Below are positions 1-8,077 of a DNA stretch of 13,718 nucleotides, one piece after another. The first letter of the stretch is position 1; each line of letters begins with the position of its first letter. The notes under the pieces were generated by a model, which worked only from the letters and a program-made list of their open reading frames with translations, searched no databases and was not told where the DNA came from. The stretch is from positions 1-13,718 of the forward strand of contig JBGSNL010000085.1 in NCBI GenBank assembly GCA_041739675.1, read 5' to 3'. The stretch comes from a bacterium. Its GTDB lineage: Bacteria; UBA10199; 2-02-FULL-44-16; DYJF01. The position numbers and the translations under genes are program-made.

Positions 1-1521
1 CGCCTTGGCAAGCTCCATCAGATAAAACGAGATCCTGTGCGGCTCCAAAGTCTCCGCGCAGTCGGCGATCACGCGCGGATATTCGCTCAAAAGCTTGGCG
101 ATCGTGAGCTCCTCGGGCAGGTCGAGCGCGGTTAAATCAACCGACTTGAAGTTCATTTTTGCCCCTGCATCTTTGGCTTTTCTGAAGACCGAGGCGATGC
201 GCGCGTGGGCATACTGGATATAGAAAACCGGATTCTCCGGCGTATCCTTCTTTGCAAGTTCAAGGTCGAAATCCAGCTGCGAGTTGTGGGAGCGCATGAG
301 GAAGAAGTAACGGCAGACGTCTTTGCCCACTTCCTTTCTCACGTCTTCCAGAGTTTCGTAGGTGGCGGAGCGCGTGGACATCGAAACCACTTCGCCCGCA
401 CGCACAAGGTTCACAAGCTGGATCAGAACGACGTCGAAATTTTCCTTGGGATAGCCCATCGCGCCGATGGCGGCCCTCATCCTGTCCACGTAGCCCGCGT
501 GATCCGCGCCCCAAATATCGATGACTTTGTCAAAACCGCGGTCGAACTTGTTCTTGTGATAGGCGATATCGGCGGCGAAATAGGTGAGCTCGCCGTCTCT
601 CTTTTTCAAAACGCGGTCCTTGTCGTCCTTGAAGGCGGTGGATTTGAACCACAGAGCGCCCTCATGCTCGAAGATGTATCCGTGATTTTTGAGCTCGGCG
701 ATCGCGCGATCTATTGCCGCGTCGGTATGGAGGCGGTTTTCATGGAAATACAGGTCGTGGATGACGCCCGTCTCCGCCAGATCGCGCTTGATCTCCTCAA
801 GGATCTTTGTCGCAGCATATTCGCCGCAGAGATCGATGGCGTCCTCCTGCGACATGGCAAGGAGCTTTGCGCGCGATTGTGCAGAAACTTCGCGCGCAAG
901 TTGAACGATGTATGCACCCTGATAACACTGTTCCGGGTAACAGACCGATTGCCCTTCCGTTTCCAGGAAACGCAAATATATAGAGCGGCCAAGGGTCTTT
1001 ATCTGCCCGCCGGCGTCGTTGACGTAATACTCCTTTGTCACCTCGTAGCCCGCGGCCTTCATCACATTGCCAAGGACGTCGCCGTAGACCGCCCCCCTGC
1101 CATGGCCGATGTGCAAAGGACCTGTGGGATTGGCGGAGACGAATTCGACCTGAAGTTTTTTCCCGGCGCCGATCTTGAGAGTGCCGTATTTTTCCCCCAT
1201 CGTCTCTATTTCACGGAGCTGTTCGAGATAGAGGCGCGGATCGACGACGATGTTGATGAATCCCGGAGGAGCCACGCTCACTTTTTCGACCAGCCCCTCC
1301 TCTTTAGGCAGATGGGCCATGATGGCCTGGGCAATCAGGATAGGTTTTTTCCTGGTCTTGGAGGCGATGATCATCGCCACATTCGTAGCGAGGTCCCCAT
1401 GCTCGGCCCGCTTCGGCGTTCTAAGCTCAATTTCAGGAATATTATCAAGCTCAAACACGCCATCTTTAATGCATTTCTTTATGGATTGGGTGAGCAGTTT
1501 TTGAAGCCGAACATCGATCAT
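1..1521 (-). CDS. argS: Arginine--tRNA ligase, 3'-truncated by the window edge
   Basis: Manual translation from ATG at 1521: MIDVRLQKLL...HGDLATNVAM...APPGFINI...VEFVSANPTGPLHIGHGRGAVYGD...EYYVNDAGGQ...YFAADIAYH...WGADHAGY...SMSTR...NPVFYIQYAHARIASV. It carries the HIGH and ArgRS-specific motifs and is open to position 1. Not in the ORF track because no stop codon lies in the window. Confidence 0.98.
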   Translation of the reverse strand, partial: MIDVRLQKLLTQSIKKCIKDGVFELDNIPEIELRTPKRAEHGDLATNVAMIIASKTRKKPILIAQAIMAHLPKEEGLVEKVSVAPPGFINIVVDPRLYLEQLREIETMGEKYGTLKIGAGKKLQVEFVSANPTGPLHIGHGRGAVYGDVLGNVMKAAGYEVTKEYYVNDAGGQIKTLGRSIYLRFLETEGQSVCYPEQCYQGAYIVQLAREVSAQSRAKLLAMSQEDAIDLCGEYAATKILEEIKRDLAETGVIHDLYFHENRLHTDAAIDRAIAELKNHGYIFEHEGALWFKSTAFKDDKDRVLKKRDGELTYFAADIAYHKNKFDRGFDKVIDIWGADHAGYVDRMRAAIGAMGYPKENFDVVLIQLVNLVRAGEVVSMSTRSATYETLEDVRKEVGKDVCRYFFLMRSHNSQLDFDLELAKKDTPENPVFYIQYAHARIASVFRKAKDAGAKMNFKSVDLTALDLPEELTIAKLLSEYPRVIADCAETLEPHRISFYLMELAKA

Positions 1522-1563
1522 GGGCACACCTTATATGCTTCCCTTAAAAAATCAAGAATTACG

Positions 1564-1590
1564 GCAACTTTTTGGGGAGATTGACGATAA
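1564..1590 (+). promoter_or_regulatory. Putative sigma28 (FliA/SigD)-like promoter for the orphan gene
   Basis: GCAACTTT-N11-GACGATAA versus consensus TAAAGTTT-N11-GCCGATAA (5/8 and 7/8 matches, exact spacing), ending 46 nt before ATG 1637. Confidence 0.4.
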
Positions 1591-1636
1591 GATCGTTGGT
1601 TGGGGCGATCTCAATAATTTTGCCCCAAATACTTAT

Positions 1637-3640
1637 ATGGCTGACGATATACGAATCAGACGGGACGGCCCTTCTGCCGGCGGCATTGTTGACAATGAGC
1701 CTGCGGAGGCGGAGCAGACTGCTCAAGGCACGGCACAGAATCAGCCGCAGCAAATATCTGCTGTCCCAAAAGATGAATATCTGCCTCCGATGACGCCTCC
1801 CGTGAGCAGGGTTTCACAAATTGGACTCTTTGAAAGAGTCGATCCCAGGCTGGCCGACCAAATGCGAGCAGATATATTGCATTTGTCTGCGGCTAATCCT
1901 TGGTTACTTCGAACATTGGAAGGAACATGCAACTTTCAAGTTCTTGCCGAACGCATCAGTGCAGGCAAACACATCCCGACTTTCGTCTTGCACAATACAG
2001 GTGGCACCCCGGACGGCATCATGGCTTTGTTTACAAACAATCCGTGGTCTGGAGACTTCCCTTTTTCCTATTTGACCTTCTGGGATTATACAGACGTCCT
2101 GCCGACCTCTCTGCTGGCGTTTGCCGTCCGCCGTCGATACCCAAACTTGAGTCTTGAAATTCATTTGTCGCTTCCCGACCTTCTGCATTGGGCCGTCCAA
2201 AATCCAGATGCGTTCCGATCTCCCGGAACACTTTATGTAAGAAACACGTATCTGACACAATTTATTGCATTCGCATTGGATCGGGGCTCGGTGCGAATCA
2301 TAACGTTGCCTCAAGAACGCTACGGAAACGCATGGTATGCTCTTCGGGCACAAACCATGGAGACAGGGGTTGAAATGGTCGTGGCCAAAGGGCGACCGTT
2401 TTATTCCGTCCGCATAGCGCATGAAAGTGGAGTCCCTGTGGATGAAGACCTCCAACTTTGGACAGACTCGGTATTGGACTCGCAACGCTCTGAGAAATAC
2501 GAATTCACCTTTAAAGCGGAAGAACTAGTGGCACGGCTGGAGAAGCAAGGACTGTCACGCTATGCAATTGTCGATGCCCTGAAAATGGCATTCGATTTGC
2601 CCGGCCGGGAAGCGGAGATACTCTTTGTTTTGAGCAAAGAGATCACTCATGATGTAGCTGTCGCCATGCGCAATTCTAGCTATATTACCGAAGATCGCCC
2701 GTTTGGCGACAGGCATGGGGGGATGAGCGTGATCGATCCAGAGCCGCAGAGAGATACACTGACGAATGTGAGCAGGACGAGTCTGCCGGCGGACCGCGAG
2801 CCTCCACAAGCCTTTCTTCAAACCGACAGCGGCCGGTATAAAGCCATCGTCGAGGGTTCGCGTATTCCAAAAGACTTCGTCGGCTTCCTCGCCTACGAGA
2901 GTGTTCTATACAGGATCAGCGGCGGCCGTGTAGAGTCACCCATCGACGGCATGCTTATGACTCCCGGAGAGGGCCAGCAGGTACGTATTTTCAAAATGGA
3001 AAATGGAGAGCTGATATTCTCCCCCTCCACGATGATACGCGAACTGCAGCCGGGAGACGTCGTCGATATTCCGGACGGTCAGAGCGTCAGACGCCTCGTC
3101 CGCGAAGATGAGTTTGAGTTCGCAAGCCGCGGAGGCGAAATAATGGCTGCCAGAGTGATCGGCGGCGAGCCCGGCCAGACGATGCCGCTTGATCAACTGG
3201 GCTTTGGGAGACTCGTCATCGCTGCGAAGCCGGATGGAACCGGAATACAGGTGACAGCGCGAACCGCTGTTTCCTTTGCGCGCATTGATCTCGCCACGCG
3301 CACTCGCGGCCGCACTGTGTACGATATGGTCGCGTCGCCTCAGGAATGGCTTGCTGACAAGGCGGCCGAGCGCGCGGCGGCGGCAGGCAGCGGCGCGGAA
3401 AACGCGGCGCAAGACTCGACTGTAACCGGGATCGTGGATAACACGGGCGAAACGTCGGGCGGCGCTTTTGCCTCTGGTGCAGCGCACCTGTATCCTGCCG
3501 CGCAACATGCAAGGTCACGACAGGCGCAAAGAACGACCGGCTATACTCAACTCGCCGGCGCGCAAAGAGCAATTCGGGCTGGATATGCGGTAACGAACGC
3601 GGCACTACCCGCCGCGCGGCCCATCGTGACGAAATTCTGA
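1637..3640 (+). CDS. Hypothetical protein (~667 aa), no recognised family
   Basis: Long ORF filling the gap between argS and the M16 gene, with no competing long ORF on the other strand. The track start at 1520 overlaps the argS start codon, so ATG 1637 (MADDIRIRRDG) is preferred. Low-complexity N-terminus, globular-looking middle, Ala-rich C-terminus. Confidence 0.8.
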   Translation: MADDIRIRRDGPSAGGIVDNEPAEAEQTAQGTAQNQPQQISAVPKDEYLPPMTPPVSRVSQIGLFERVDPRLADQMRADILHLSAANPWLLRTLEGTCNFQVLAERISAGKHIPTFVLHNTGGTPDGIMALFTNNPWSGDFPFSYLTFWDYTDVLPTSLLAFAVRRRYPNLSLEIHLSLPDLLHWAVQNPDAFRSPGTLYVRNTYLTQFIAFALDRGSVRIITLPQERYGNAWYALRAQTMETGVEMVVAKGRPFYSVRIAHESGVPVDEDLQLWTDSVLDSQRSEKYEFTFKAEELVARLEKQGLSRYAIVDALKMAFDLPGREAEILFVLSKEITHDVAVAMRNSSYITEDRPFGDRHGGMSVIDPEPQRDTLTNVSRTSLPADREPPQAFLQTDSGRYKAIVEGSRIPKDFVGFLAYESVLYRISGGRVESPIDGMLMTPGEGQQVRIFKMENGELIFSPSTMIRELQPGDVVDIPDGQSVRRLVREDEFEFASRGGEIMAARVIGGEPGQTMPLDQLGFGRLVIAAKPDGTGIQVTARTAVSFARIDLATRTRGRTVYDMVASPQEWLADKAAERAAAAGSGAENAAQDSTVTGIVDNTGETSGGAFASGAAHLYPAAQHARSRQAQRTTGYTQLAGAQRAIRAGYAVTNAALPAARPIVTKF

Positions 3641-3641
3641 G

Positions 3642-5003
3642 TCACGAAGCCGGGCCGACGATGGCAATCGATAATCCATCTGGGTGCAAGTATTCGCGGG
3701 CGACGCGTTTGACGTCGTCGATCGTCACTTTCTCGATCGCGTCGCGGTAGATGTGCCAATAATCGTCGGGATAGCCGAAGAAACGGTAACGCGCGCGCTG
3801 GGTGACGATCTTGAACGAGTTGTCGAACTCGAAGATGAGGCGGTTCAAGACCGATCTTTTCGCAAAATCGAGCTCGGAGGCCGTCACATCGCCCTTCTCT
3901 TTCATCCTCTCCAGATGCCCACGTATGAGATTTATCACTTCCGCCCCCGACTTTGCCTTGGTGGCGACATAGACGTCGAATAGCCCGTAGTCGGTCCCCC
4001 AGCCGAAATCGCTGCTGATCGTGTAGGCAAGTCCGCGGTCGCTTCTTATATCCGACATCAGCCTGCTTTTGAAATCAGCGGCGCCAAGAATCGTGTCCAT
4101 GATTTCAAGCGCATATTTGTCAGGATTGTGGCGCTTGATGCCCAGATGGCCCGCTTCAATATATGACTGGGTCAGCGGCCTTGCGATTTTTCTCTCCTGA
4201 TTTACAAAATTGAGATCGACCGGCGCCACTTCCGGGAATTGAACGTCATGGTTGGCGACATTGCCGGTGAATTTTTTGAGAAGTTCTATGAAGGCAGCCT
4301 TATCGAAATCTCCCGCCGCCGCGACGATCATATTCGACGGCACAAAATACTTCTCATGAAACTTTTTGAGATCGTCAATTTTCAGCGCCTTGACCGATTC
4401 GTTTGAAGGCCTTCTGGCCCACGGGCTCGCATCGCCGTAGACAAGCTTTCTGAACTCCCTCACTACAACTTGCTCAGGGTAGTCGTTCTCCCTCTTCAAG
4501 GCCTCTATGATCTTGATCTTTCCAAGATCCACCCTCTTGGGCTCAAAACGCGGCGCAAACAGAAGATCGAAGAAGAGAGAAAAAGCCTTCTCTTTATCCT
4601 TCGAAAGAATCTTGATGGAGCCGTCCCCCATCTCCTGCCCGATGCCGACGCCCACCGCCGCAGCCATGTTGTCGAATGCGCGGTCCACATCCTCAGGTGC
4701 GAGATTTTTCGTGCCGCCTGTGCGAAGGGCCGTGCCCAAAAGCCAGGCCAGCCCCACTTTGTCCGCCGGCTCGTATATGCTGCCAGTCTTTGTTATGATA
4801 TTTAGCTGGATGACGGGGAGCTGGTGATCCTCCAGAAGATAGTAGCGAAGCCCGTTTTCAAGAACGCCGGTGTCCACCGTCGGTTCCGTGAACTTTGGCA
4901 TCGGAACTTTTTCCATGCGCTCTATCTCTGCCTTGGGGGAACGATCACTCTGACAGCAGGTCAGAAGCAGAGCGATCGCAAGTGTGATGAGCCTCTTGGT
5001 CAT
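3642..5003 (-). CDS. M16 family (pitrilysin/insulinase-like) peptidase, non-catalytic subunit, probable lipoprotein
   Basis: LENGLRYYLLEDHQLP and EPADKVGLA, but HXXEH is replaced by WLLGT. C-terminal SRLMSDIRSDRGLAY retains the R/Y pair. N-terminus MTKRLITLAIALLLTCC resembles a lipoprotein signal with an atypical lipobox. ATGA overlap with the upstream gene. Confidence 0.92.
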   Translation of the reverse strand: MTKRLITLAIALLLTCCQSDRSPKAEIERMEKVPMPKFTEPTVDTGVLENGLRYYLLEDHQLPVIQLNIITKTGSIYEPADKVGLAWLLGTALRTGGTKNLAPEDVDRAFDNMAAAVGVGIGQEMGDGSIKILSKDKEKAFSLFFDLLFAPRFEPKRVDLGKIKIIEALKRENDYPEQVVVREFRKLVYGDASPWARRPSNESVKALKIDDLKKFHEKYFVPSNMIVAAAGDFDKAAFIELLKKFTGNVANHDVQFPEVAPVDLNFVNQERKIARPLTQSYIEAGHLGIKRHNPDKYALEIMDTILGAADFKSRLMSDIRSDRGLAYTISSDFGWGTDYGLFDVYVATKAKSGAEVINLIRGHLERMKEKGDVTASELDFAKRSVLNRLIFEFDNSFKIVTQRARYRFFGYPDDYWHIYRDAIEKVTIDDVKRVAREYLHPDGLSIAIVGPAS

Positions 5004-6493
5004 TTCCCGTTGCTCCTAGTGCGGACAACCTTAACCGCGGCGTCTTTTGGAAAATACTCTTTGGCGATGCGCATGATATCTTCTTTTGTTACTTCATCCA
5101 CAAGTTTCGGATATTTTGCGATCAGGCGCCAGTCATTGAATATCGCTTCAAACTCCGCCAGCGACATTGCGAGCCCCATATTCTTTTCAAGTGAATAGAG
5201 GATGGAGGCCATGACCTTCGTCCTCACCCTTAAGAGCTCCTCGTCGGTGACGGGTTCGCGCTTGATGCGCTCCAGCTCCTCTTGCACCTTTGAAACCAGT
5301 TCGTCAGGGCTATGCGGCCTGTTGGGTTCCATCCAGACGAGCAGGAGGTTCGAAAGGCGCGATCCCGGATAATCGTCGGCGCAGGAGACGTCTCTTGCGG
5401 CCTTCTCGTCGTAGACGAGACGCTTCTCAAGCCGCGAGGTGGGCCCGCTGCACAAAAGGACCTCTATCACGTCGAAGACAAATTCTGCGGGATCGGGAAG
5501 CGTGGGCTTATGATAGGCAAGAACGGAGGCGGGCTCCGCGTCGAAGCCGAATCTCTTCTCGGCGCCCCCTTTGTTCGCAAACTCTTCTTTTGCAACCGGA
5601 GGCTTCGTGGAAGGGAGTTTTCCGAAATATTTTTCAATCAAACGCTTGGCTTCATCTATTTTGAAATCGCCCACAAGGACGCCCACCATGTTAGGCCCGA
5701 CGTAGAACTCGTTGTGAAAAGCGCGGGCGTCTGCGATCGTGAGACCTGCGACGTCTTTTCCCTGGCCGATGACGGGCCAGCGGTACGGGCCCTCCTGGAA
5801 GGCCGTCTCTCCTATGAGCTCTGCCATCTTGCCGTCCGGGTCGTTGTCGATTCCGCTGCGGCGCTCTTCCAAAATCACGCTGCGTTCCGTATAAAATTCC
5901 CTGTAGACGGGGTCGGCCACCATCTGAGAGATGACGTCCATCCAGAGCTCAAGCCGGTTTATGGGCATGCTTGCGTGATAGGCCGTCACGTCCTTGCTCG
6001 TGTAGGCGTTGAGGTCCGCCGCGCCGTTTCTGCCCATCACCTCCCACACCTCGTTTTTGATCTGATACTTCGACGCATCGTCCTGCAACGACTTGAGATG
6101 GGCGGCAAGCTCGGCGACCTTTTTTTCGTCCGGTTTTTCTTTTTGTGTTTCGGCGGTCAGCTCCTCACCGACGCGCTCTATCTCATCAAGAATTGGTTTC
6201 TCTTTTGCGAAATCAGTTGTGCCGAGCTTTGATGAACCCTTGAAGGCCATGTGCTCGAACATATGAGCAAGACCTGTTTTTCCCGGCTTCTCGTCGGCCC
6301 CGCCGGCGCGTATCATGACGACGCCCGAGAAAACGGGGGCCTGATGGCGCAAGACCAGAAGCCAGCGCATGCCGTTGGGGAGCTTGAACTCCGTGACGTC
6401 TTTTTCGAGATCGTAGGCGTATGCCGCCCCGGCAGAGACAAGGATTAGAATAATGACTATATAATGAAGGAGGCGTTTACCTGATATTTTCAT
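5000..6493 (-). CDS. M16 family zinc peptidase, catalytic (HXXEH) subunit with signal peptide
   Basis: LPNGMRWL, GLAHMFEHMAFKG (inverted zinc motif), LNAYTSKDVTAY, ERSVILEERR. Sec signal peptide ending AYA|YD. Confidence 0.95.
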   Translation of the reverse strand: MKISGKRLLHYIVIILILVSAGAAYAYDLEKDVTEFKLPNGMRWLLVLRHQAPVFSGVVMIRAGGADEKPGKTGLAHMFEHMAFKGSSKLGTTDFAKEKPILDEIERVGEELTAETQKEKPDEKKVAELAAHLKSLQDDASKYQIKNEVWEVMGRNGAADLNAYTSKDVTAYHASMPINRLELWMDVISQMVADPVYREFYTERSVILEERRSGIDNDPDGKMAELIGETAFQEGPYRWPVIGQGKDVAGLTIADARAFHNEFYVGPNMVGVLVGDFKIDEAKRLIEKYFGKLPSTKPPVAKEEFANKGGAEKRFGFDAEPASVLAYHKPTLPDPAEFVFDVIEVLLCSGPTSRLEKRLVYDEKAARDVSCADDYPGSRLSNLLLVWMEPNRPHSPDELVSKVQEELERIKREPVTDEELLRVRTKVMASILYSLEKNMGLAMSLAEFEAIFNDWRLIAKYPKLVDEVTKEDIMRIAKEYFPKDAAVKVVRTRSNGK

Positions 6494-6514
6494 AAATTTG
6501 AGGTTTTTCTTCAG

Positions 6515-7381
6515 TTATTTCCGCGCTTTAGCCCAATAACCTATCGACTTGTAGATAAGTTTTGCCACCATGAAGTCCGACGCATGATGGCCCTTTTGCG
6601 GGCAAAGCTCAACAAAATCAAATGCAACGATGTTTTTTCGCATCGCCACTTCCCTCAAAAGACCCACCACATCGTACCAGCTGAGCCCGCCCGGCTCCGG
6701 CGTTCCCGTGTCAGGCATGATCGATTGGTCAAAGGCATCCACGTCGACCGTCACATAGACGTTTTTTGTCTTTATGGCGGCCAGCGCCTTTTTCATCCAG
6801 CCTTTGTCTTCATGTATTTTATGGGCGAAAAAGACGGGGAGCTTTTCCCTTGAGACCCTTATTGCCTCATCTTTTGAAAGATTCCTGATCCCCACCTGAA
6901 CCGCGGGGCAGATCTCAAGGCAGCGAGCCATTGCAGAGGCGTGCGACCACTTTGTTCCGCCGTACTCGCTACGCAGATCGGCGTGGGCATCGAATTGCAA
7001 AACCGTGAGGTCGGGATAAATCTTGGCCGCCGCGCGAACCGCCGGCGGCGTGATAGAATGCTCGCCCCCTATGATCACCGGAAGTTTTCCATCGCGGATT
7101 ATGCGGGAGACCGAGGCGCTTATCCTGTCCAAAACATTTTCAATGGAGCCCGCCCCCACTTTCACGGCGGGAAGGGTCGCTATGCCGATATCGCAAGTCT
7201 CCGATTCAAGCTCTTCGTCGTAGAGCTCAACTTGCGCCGATGCTTCAAGGATTGCCTTCGGTGCTTTTGCCGTGCCTTTGACGTAACTCGTGGTCCTGTC
7301 GAACGGCACGGGAAGACAGGCGACCCGTGCCGGAGCGTAGCTTGAAAGCTTGGGAGGAAGATCAAAGTATGTGCGAGCCAT
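6515..7381 (-). CDS. speB: Agmatinase (ureohydrolase family)
   Basis: Motifs VPFDRTTSY, GGEHSIT, DAHADLR, SHAS, DVDAFD, TGTPEPGG and VELCP. Lies 2 nt downstream of an arginine decarboxylase. Confidence 0.93.
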   Translation of the reverse strand: MARTYFDLPPKLSSYAPARVACLPVPFDRTTSYVKGTAKAPKAILEASAQVELYDEELESETCDIGIATLPAVKVGAGSIENVLDRISASVSRIIRDGKLPVIIGGEHSITPPAVRAAAKIYPDLTVLQFDAHADLRSEYGGTKWSHASAMARCLEICPAVQVGIRNLSKDEAIRVSREKLPVFFAHKIHEDKGWMKKALAAIKTKNVYVTVDVDAFDQSIMPDTGTPEPGGLSWYDVVGLLREVAMRKNIVAFDFVELCPQKGHHASDFMVAKLIYKSIGYWAKARK

Positions 7382-7383
7382 TT

Positions 7384-7935
7384 TTATGGAACAAATATCG
7401 CGCCGGCGACGACAGTCGTCCAGTTACCGTGCTTGTCGCCTATGGCCGACTGCGTAACGTTCATCGTCTTGACGATCTCCTCAGAAATCGTCCACTGACC
7501 CTTCCTTTCGTTCCACGACTTATCGGGATCGAACTTGACGCCAAGGATGGTCGCCAGCATTTCGGCCGAAAGATCTTCGGCGTAATCGCCGGTGTGCTGA
7601 TCGGTCTGGCCGAAACTGTGGTGCTCGGAGATGTATCCGTAATATTCAGGATTTTTCGGTATCGAAAGACCGACGGAGGCGGCGACCAGACGATGCGCCT
7701 CGTTGGTTGCGTTGTCCGAGAGCACGCAATGGACGATCTGGCCGGGCCGGAGCTGCAAAATTCCGCGCGAAAGCTGGACAAGCTTGCATCCCGGCGGAAA
7801 AATCGACGACACCCTGACCAGGTTGAACTGCGCGATGCCTGCGCGCCTGAGCGCAAGCTCGAAGCTCTGCAGCTTTTCGCGGTGTACTCCAACTCCTTTT
7901 GTGAAGAAGACCTGCGACGGAACGTAACCTATCAC
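7384..7935 (-). CDS. pdaD: Pyruvoyl-dependent arginine decarboxylase (183 aa)
   Basis: FFTKGVG...SFELALRRAGIAQFNLVRVSSIFPP contains the Ser-Ser autocleavage site, plus GYISEHH and WTTVVAGAIF. The start is reassigned to GTG 7935 because AAGGAGG (7941-7947) lies 5 nt upstream. The track start at 8028 lies within the terminator. Confidence 0.93.
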   Translation of the reverse strand: MIGYVPSQVFFTKGVGVHREKLQSFELALRRAGIAQFNLVRVSSIFPPGCKLVQLSRGILQLRPGQIVHCVLSDNATNEAHRLVAASVGLSIPKNPEYYGYISEHHSFGQTDQHTGDYAEDLSAEMLATILGVKFDPDKSWNERKGQWTISEEIVKTMNVTQSAIGDKHGNWTTVVAGAIFVP

Positions 7936-8018
7936 TTTCGCCTCCTTTTTTCTTTCAGTTGAAGCGCCGGCTAACATATTTAGGCCGCCTTCACAAGATA
8001 AAATTGGGGTATTCCCCC

Positions 8019-8055
8019 AAAAAAACAAAGGGCCCGGGGTTTAACCCTGGCCCTT
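8019..8055 (-). terminator. Rho-independent terminator downstream of the basic micropeptide gene
   Basis: Minus-strand RNA AAGGGCCAGGG-UUAAAC-CCCGGGCCCUU followed by UGUUUUUUU: 11-bp GC-rich stem with one A-G mismatch plus a U tract. Confidence 0.85.
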
Positions 8056-8077
8056 CTTCACATCAGTATCGTCTATA

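Noticed and set aside
1522..1555. Possible leaderless argS promoter (TTGATT-16-TAAGGT, 6 nt before ATG)
   Set aside because: Weak -10 match, and AAGGTG could equally be a Shine-Dalgarno. It cannot be resolved from sequence.
205..1584. 459-aa plus-strand ORF in the track
   Set aside because: Antisense shadow of argS, which has unambiguous motifs on the minus strand.
1520..1636. N-terminal 39 codons of the 706-aa ORF
   Set aside because: Its ATG overlaps the argS start codon and would leave no room for divergent promoters. ATG 1637 is more plausible.
1682..3442. GIVDN pentapeptide occurring near both ends of the orphan protein
   Set aside because: Only five residues, different codons and no extended similarity. 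Probably chance.
5312..6232. 306-aa plus-strand ORF and other long antisense ORFs (7327-7962, 8312-8896, 10130-10684, 10785-11432, 11678-12199)
   Set aside because: All lie opposite well-supported conserved genes and show no recognisable motifs. They are typical shadow ORFs.
7936..8028. 31-aa N-terminal extension of pdaD in the ORF track
   Set aside because: It begins inside the terminator. A strong SD precedes GTG 7935, where family similarity begins.
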